Of a stretch of 42,539 bases of DNA, positions 38,490 through 42,539 are shown piece after piece. How positions within the stretch are numbered: the first letter of the stretch is position 1; every line of letters begins with the position of its first letter. Under the pieces are notes generated by a model. The model ran no database searches. It had not been told where the DNA came from and saw only the letters and a list, made by a program, of their open reading frames with translations. The stretch is from a virus (lineage: Duplodnaviria > Heunggongvirae > Uroviricota > Caudoviricetes). Position numbers and translations under genes: made by a program. Location: IMG/VR virus record IMGVR_UViG_2897341779_000003, one strand, 5' to 3'.

Positions 38490-39704
38490 ATGACTGGAAA
38501 TATTCACCAGAATTATAATGCAAGGGATGTAATTAATGCCCCGGAAGTAAAAACAGCAATTTTGCAAAGAAGTCTGTTTCGCCAGGATAATGAGACCATC
38601 CAAAAATGGTTACTCAACCATTTTTATCGATGGCTAATTAGTGACTTTCCAATGGTGCAACAAATTAACTCGCTTGCAGAATATTCACTGTTTAATAAAA
38701 ATGATGATGTAATCCCGGAATGGCTGGTATCGAAGTTTAATACTGCCTCAGTATCAACTGCGACACTTTATTATATCGAAACCGATCATCAACAAATATT
38801 AACCAAAGAACGGGAGTTGGTGGAATTTCTTTCCAGGAAATGTGGTACCCGTCTGGAATCAAAACTACAGCGCATAACCTGCTACGTTGCGTTCAGAATG
38901 CGTGAAGAAGAGCATGAAAAGATGCTTCAACGACGCGAGAAAGGGTGGCAGCCGAGTGAACAAAATACTGTAAAGTCAATACTTGATGTGCCAGACGGAA
39001 AAATTGTTGAGTTTGATGCCAGTCATTCGAACCTTCGTCGTGAAATGGCTTATGAATCATGGCATATGCAACATTGCGTAGGCCAGTTTGATGATCGAAA
39101 AAATCTTACCGGTGGTTATGGTGAGTATTATGCAAATCAAATTGAGCAACATAAATTACGGTTATTCAGTTTGCGTGATAATAATAATATTCCTCATGTT
39201 ACTATTGCTCTCAATGTTGTTGGTGATTCACTTGAAATTGATCAAATAAAAGGTAAGCAAAATCGTCATCCAGTTAAAAAATATGCGGACGATGTTTTGT
39301 CTCTTTTGCAACTATTATCACCACAAGCAGTTCGACATAGTGATTGTGAAGGTATGGGTATTGTTTATGAAAATACACCTGAATATCAGGGGTGGAAATA
39401 TGTAACGGAAGTATACGAAACCAGTTTTTTACTAAGCGTACTACATAATAACTTTCATTTATTAGAACATTTTACAAATCCTTCAGTGGAGTTGCAGTGG
39501 TTACTGTTACACAGCGCACCTGATAAGTTACATTATCTTAATGCTATTGACCCTATAGTTGCTACTTCTGCGGAAATGTTATTCCCTGGCGCTGAGTGGC
39601 ATCCGCAATTTGCAGGTCAAAATATCAGCAACATTTCCTTTGAGATAGAGAGTTTGACATTACAGACATCTCATTACTTACCCCTGTCAGAGGTTGAAAA
39701 ATAA
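38490..39704 (+). CDS. hypothetical protein (404 aa), first gene of an AT-rich three-gene operon
   Basis: Long ORF with candidate sigma70 promoter (-35 TCAACA 38444-38449, -10 TATAAT 38467-38472); stop overlaps the next start (TAATG). Confidence 0.6.
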   Translation: MTGNIHQNYNARDVINAPEVKTAILQRSLFRQDNETIQKWLLNHFYRWLISDFPMVQQINSLAEYSLFNKNDDVIPEWLVSKFNTASVSTATLYYIETDHQQILTKERELVEFLSRKCGTRLESKLQRITCYVAFRMREEEHEKMLQRREKGWQPSEQNTVKSILDVPDGKIVEFDASHSNLRREMAYESWHMQHCVGQFDDRKNLTGGYGEYYANQIEQHKLRLFSLRDNNNIPHVTIALNVVGDSLEIDQIKGKQNRHPVKKYADDVLSLLQLLSPQAVRHSDCEGMGIVYENTPEYQGWKYVTEVYETSFLLSVLHNNFHLLEHFTNPSVELQWLLLHSAPDKLHYLNAIDPIVATSAEMLFPGAEWHPQFAGQNISNISFEIESLTLQTSHYLPLSEVEK

Positions 39705-40420
39705 TGAGTCTTATCATTGTTCTCCTGGTCGCAATATTTATTTTTATCTATAGATACAAAAAAAACAAACCACAAATCGATGCTTTTATTGCTAAAGAAA
39801 AAGAAAAGGATCTAATCAAGGACAAAAGACGAGCAACAAAGAGACGTAAGTGGGCATTAGCAATTGGTGATATAGTTGCTCGTCGTAATGGACTGTCAGT
39901 AAATGGCTTCACGTTAGATTTAAAGTTGACTGATGATAAGCGTCAACAACTTGCACTACAGGTTAAACAAGAGCTAGGAACAGAAACTTACCAAAGCAAC
40001 GAAGATTTCCGTCAACAAATTGGCGTTATATTACAGCGCTGGGCTACAGGGCTTGGTAATTCTCCACATGATTTTTACGAACAACTGGCAGCACAAGGCC
40101 AGGTTCTGGATGGGCTGGCGTTTGACTGTATGCGCACTGCTTTTTTAACTCGTTGCATCGCCGGTTTAGGCTGGTGCGATGAAAACCAGGCCTGGATAGT
40201 GTTATTACTGAATGCTCAAAGAGCACAAGATTGTTTCGCTTCATGGGAAGATTATGCCAGTGCTTATGTTCGCGCCCGACAAAAATGGTTAATGATATAC
40301 GATACCCCCGTCGCCACTGCGAACCGTGATTTAAAGGAAGTCACTGCATGGTTGAAAGATCCATCCAGTAACTGGAAAAAATTGCCGTGGAATGAATTTA
40401 AAATTTTTGAACCTAATTAA
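39704..40420 (+). CDS. hypothetical membrane-anchored protein (238 aa)
   Basis: N-terminal transmembrane helix (LIIVLLVAIFIFIY) followed by a basic linker; translationally coupled to the upstream gene; family (possibly DUF1266-like) is uncertain. Confidence 0.6.
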   Translation: MSLIIVLLVAIFIFIYRYKKNKPQIDAFIAKEKEKDLIKDKRRATKRRKWALAIGDIVARRNGLSVNGFTLDLKLTDDKRQQLALQVKQELGTETYQSNEDFRQQIGVILQRWATGLGNSPHDFYEQLAAQGQVLDGLAFDCMRTAFLTRCIAGLGWCDENQAWIVLLLNAQRAQDCFASWEDYASAYVRARQKWLMIYDTPVATANRDLKEVTAWLKDPSSNWKKLPWNEFKIFEPN

Positions 40421-40430
40421 AAGGATATCT

Positions 40431-42539
40431 ATGGAACAGGATGCTCGTTTACTCAGTGCAATGCAAAAGATGTGTGACCAAAAAATGCCACTTAATACTC
40501 TTGAGAGAAAATGGCAAATCGCAAATATTCCTTATATGTTACAAGAAAAACGTTATCAGGAACTAGATGAAATTTATAACCAGGTATTACAGGAGAGTTT
40601 CACTTCTCGTCAGGCTGAAAAGCGCTATTTTTTATCCTGGACCCAAATGTGCAACTATTTTTATGATATGAACACGCTAGTTGATGCCGGAACAGAAGGT
40701 TTAAGACTCATTAAAACCTGGCAGCAAGCAAGACCTCATTCTACACATGCCTGGCTTGCCGAAGCACAATACTGGAATCACCGTGCATGGTTATATCGCA
40801 GTTATGGCTGGGCAAATGATACCACACATGCAATGTGGCTTTGTGCTGGTGCATGTAATGAACAAATGGTCATCGCTACACTTAAAGCAATTGATTGTGA
40901 CCCACGACAATGGATGGCTGCATTACTTACCAGCACCAACTCAAAAGTATTTGGTCAGCCAGCCTGGCTGGCGGCACACCTTAACGGTGATAGTGTCGCA
41001 GGAATACCATTAATGATCGCACTGAAAAATTATCACCGCCGCTCCCCGCAAGAAGTGGAAGCGTTGATGGCGTATTCCGGACTTTCGTTTGAGCATGCAA
41101 TATGCCCCGTTTTGCCTCGCCCCAATATACTTCCTGAGTATGATGATGATGGTGGGCAAAAATATTGGCTTTCTGTTTGCCTGACTATTTTTCCTCACAC
41201 TTTTTATCCTTTTGTTGAATATATACCATTTCGAATGCCACGCTGGGGAGGGTCGCATAAAGAAATTTCCGAATTGCTGGATTCAGTAACCTGTAAGCAC
41301 TTATCTACCGAAGAACATGACTATATGGATCTCTTACTTTGGTGGGATGATTACCGAGATGTCAGCATTGAGGACATTGCGCCCGAGGAGCAACAATATG
41401 CAATCGACTTAGCAGAGAATATTGCTCAGTACGCACAATTTCAGGAATGTCGCCATAATGCCCTAGAGTGGTTACTTGCCTGCTATAACAAGCAGAACGA
41501 TCACGATAAGTTGTGGTGCTGTATACAGCGAGCGGTGATGGAAGACATGAAGCTCAATAATTATTACACTGCGTACGCGATAAAATTTGCATTAAGTTAT
41601 TATCCAGATTCATTCTGGATATATAATTTTATCTGCCAAAATTCACAGAATACAACTTATGCTACACCTGTTATTTATAGGGGGTTTTTCCAGCGAGAGG
41701 GTATTTTGGGTTTTGAAAAAGATGAAGGGCAGGGCGATGCTTGGCTGGAAAAAGCTAGTGACATTAAATACAATCATAATTGGCGGTCGGCAATAAAAGA
41801 TTTGAGTTGGTTTGACCTTTCTGATTATTTCATTCCGCTTGCGACAATTGGTAAGCAAAGAAATATTCCTGCCGCATTAAATTTAGTTGCTCTTGAATAT
41901 TTGGATAAGGAAGACAATACAAAATTACCTTATGAACCATCTACAGCTTTGGAGTATTTTCGACGGGCACTTAAAATACTTCAAGATGACCTAAATTTCC
42001 ATAGCTCGGTATCTTATCCACTGGTAAAAAATTATGGTTATAGCGAACATCAACAAGATCTACAAAATATTTATTTTAGCATTGCTATCTGCTACCAGGC
42101 ACTAAATAAACAAGAAATTTCTAAAGAAACACGGGCTATTTATGAAAAAAATCTCCTTGACAATTTATTTCTGGCTCATGAAGCTGGACATGAAAAAGCA
42201 TGGGGGCTTTTTTTACTTAATATCTTTGAGGTGAAAGAACTCTCACTTGCTCATTTGCACCTCCAACAGGTACAAGAAGAAGCGAATAAAGGTACGCTCG
42301 AAGCAATGATTACTTTGTCGCGCCTGTATGGTAACAAAGAAGATGAAAAACTGTTTAACATGAAACTCAGTGCGCGCTGGACACATTTTGCCGAGTCTTT
42401 ATATCCAGATAACGAAATTATTGCAGATTGCCTTTATCATCTCCATTTCTCCAGCCTGTGGAAACGCTGTCGTTATGCCTGGTATACCTTTCGTATTCCA
42501 GCTAGCGAATTACCCGGCCAGGTTAACAGTATGGTGTAA
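40431..42539 (+). CDS. hypothetical protein (about 702 aa), Trp-rich N-terminal region and a TPR/Sel1-like C-terminal region
   Basis: ATG 40431 preceded by AAGGA; the ORF-track start 40392 is in the same frame and overlaps the previous gene; TAA stop at the window end. Confidence 0.6.
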   Translation: MEQDARLLSAMQKMCDQKMPLNTLERKWQIANIPYMLQEKRYQELDEIYNQVLQESFTSRQAEKRYFLSWTQMCNYFYDMNTLVDAGTEGLRLIKTWQQARPHSTHAWLAEAQYWNHRAWLYRSYGWANDTTHAMWLCAGACNEQMVIATLKAIDCDPRQWMAALLTSTNSKVFGQPAWLAAHLNGDSVAGIPLMIALKNYHRRSPQEVEALMAYSGLSFEHAICPVLPRPNILPEYDDDGGQKYWLSVCLTIFPHTFYPFVEYIPFRMPRWGGSHKEISELLDSVTCKHLSTEEHDYMDLLLWWDDYRDVSIEDIAPEEQQYAIDLAENIAQYAQFQECRHNALEWLLACYNKQNDHDKLWCCIQRAVMEDMKLNNYYTAYAIKFALSYYPDSFWIYNFICQNSQNTTYATPVIYRGFFQREGILGFEKDEGQGDAWLEKASDIKYNHNWRSAIKDLSWFDLSDYFIPLATIGKQRNIPAALNLVALEYLDKEDNTKLPYEPSTALEYFRRALKILQDDLNFHSSVSYPLVKNYGYSEHQQDLQNIYFSIAICYQALNKQEISKETRAIYEKNLLDNLFLAHEAGHEKAWGLFLLNIFEVKELSLAHLHLQQVQEEANKGTLEAMITLSRLYGNKEDEKLFNMKLSARWTHFAESLYPDNEIIADCLYHLHFSSLWKRCRYAWYTFRIPASELPGQVNSMV

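Noticed and set aside
1-42539. CRISPR arrays, tRNA or rRNA genes
   Set aside because: No regularly spaced short direct repeats with unique spacers and no tRNA-like cloverleaf were seen. The phage attachment site is in an sRNA terminator, not a tRNA.

Overview
The window is dominated by one integrated P2-family (myovirus, Peduovirus-like) prophage of about 35.8 kb, bounded by 27-bp att cores at 647-673 and 36470-36496. It sits at the 3' end of a CyaR-like sRNA gene, between a small lipoprotein gene (1-318, yegR-like by position) and a yegQ-like U32 peptidase gene (36641-38002, minus). Gene order is canonical for an integrated P2: attL, int, C, cox, early replication operon (B, small orfs, A), cos (11959-11977), Q, P, O, N, M, L, X, lysis cassette (Y, K, lysA, lysB with embedded lysC), tail/baseplate genes R to G, FI, FII, E/E' (-1 frameshift), T, U, D, ogr, attR. 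The two classical P2 accessory slots do not carry old/tin or Z/fun. (1) Between A and cos is an AT-rich gene for a Rad50/ABC-type ATPase with a CxxC hook (RloC/PrrC-like anticodon-nuclease candidate), split in frame by an IS21-family element (istA/istB). (2) Between G and FI is an AT-rich cassette with a 280-aa orphan protein, a catalytic-domain-only FimB/FimE-like tyrosine recombinase and a small membrane protein, bracketed by about 45-bp imperfect direct repeats with an inverted copy of the repeat core nearby. This is the most likely place for an undescribed, possibly recombinase-switched, phage-borne system. Right of yegQ lies a separate AT-rich, translationally coupled three-gene operon of unknown function. 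All assignments rest on reading the sequence and the ORF track and on recalled P2 biology; no database search was run.
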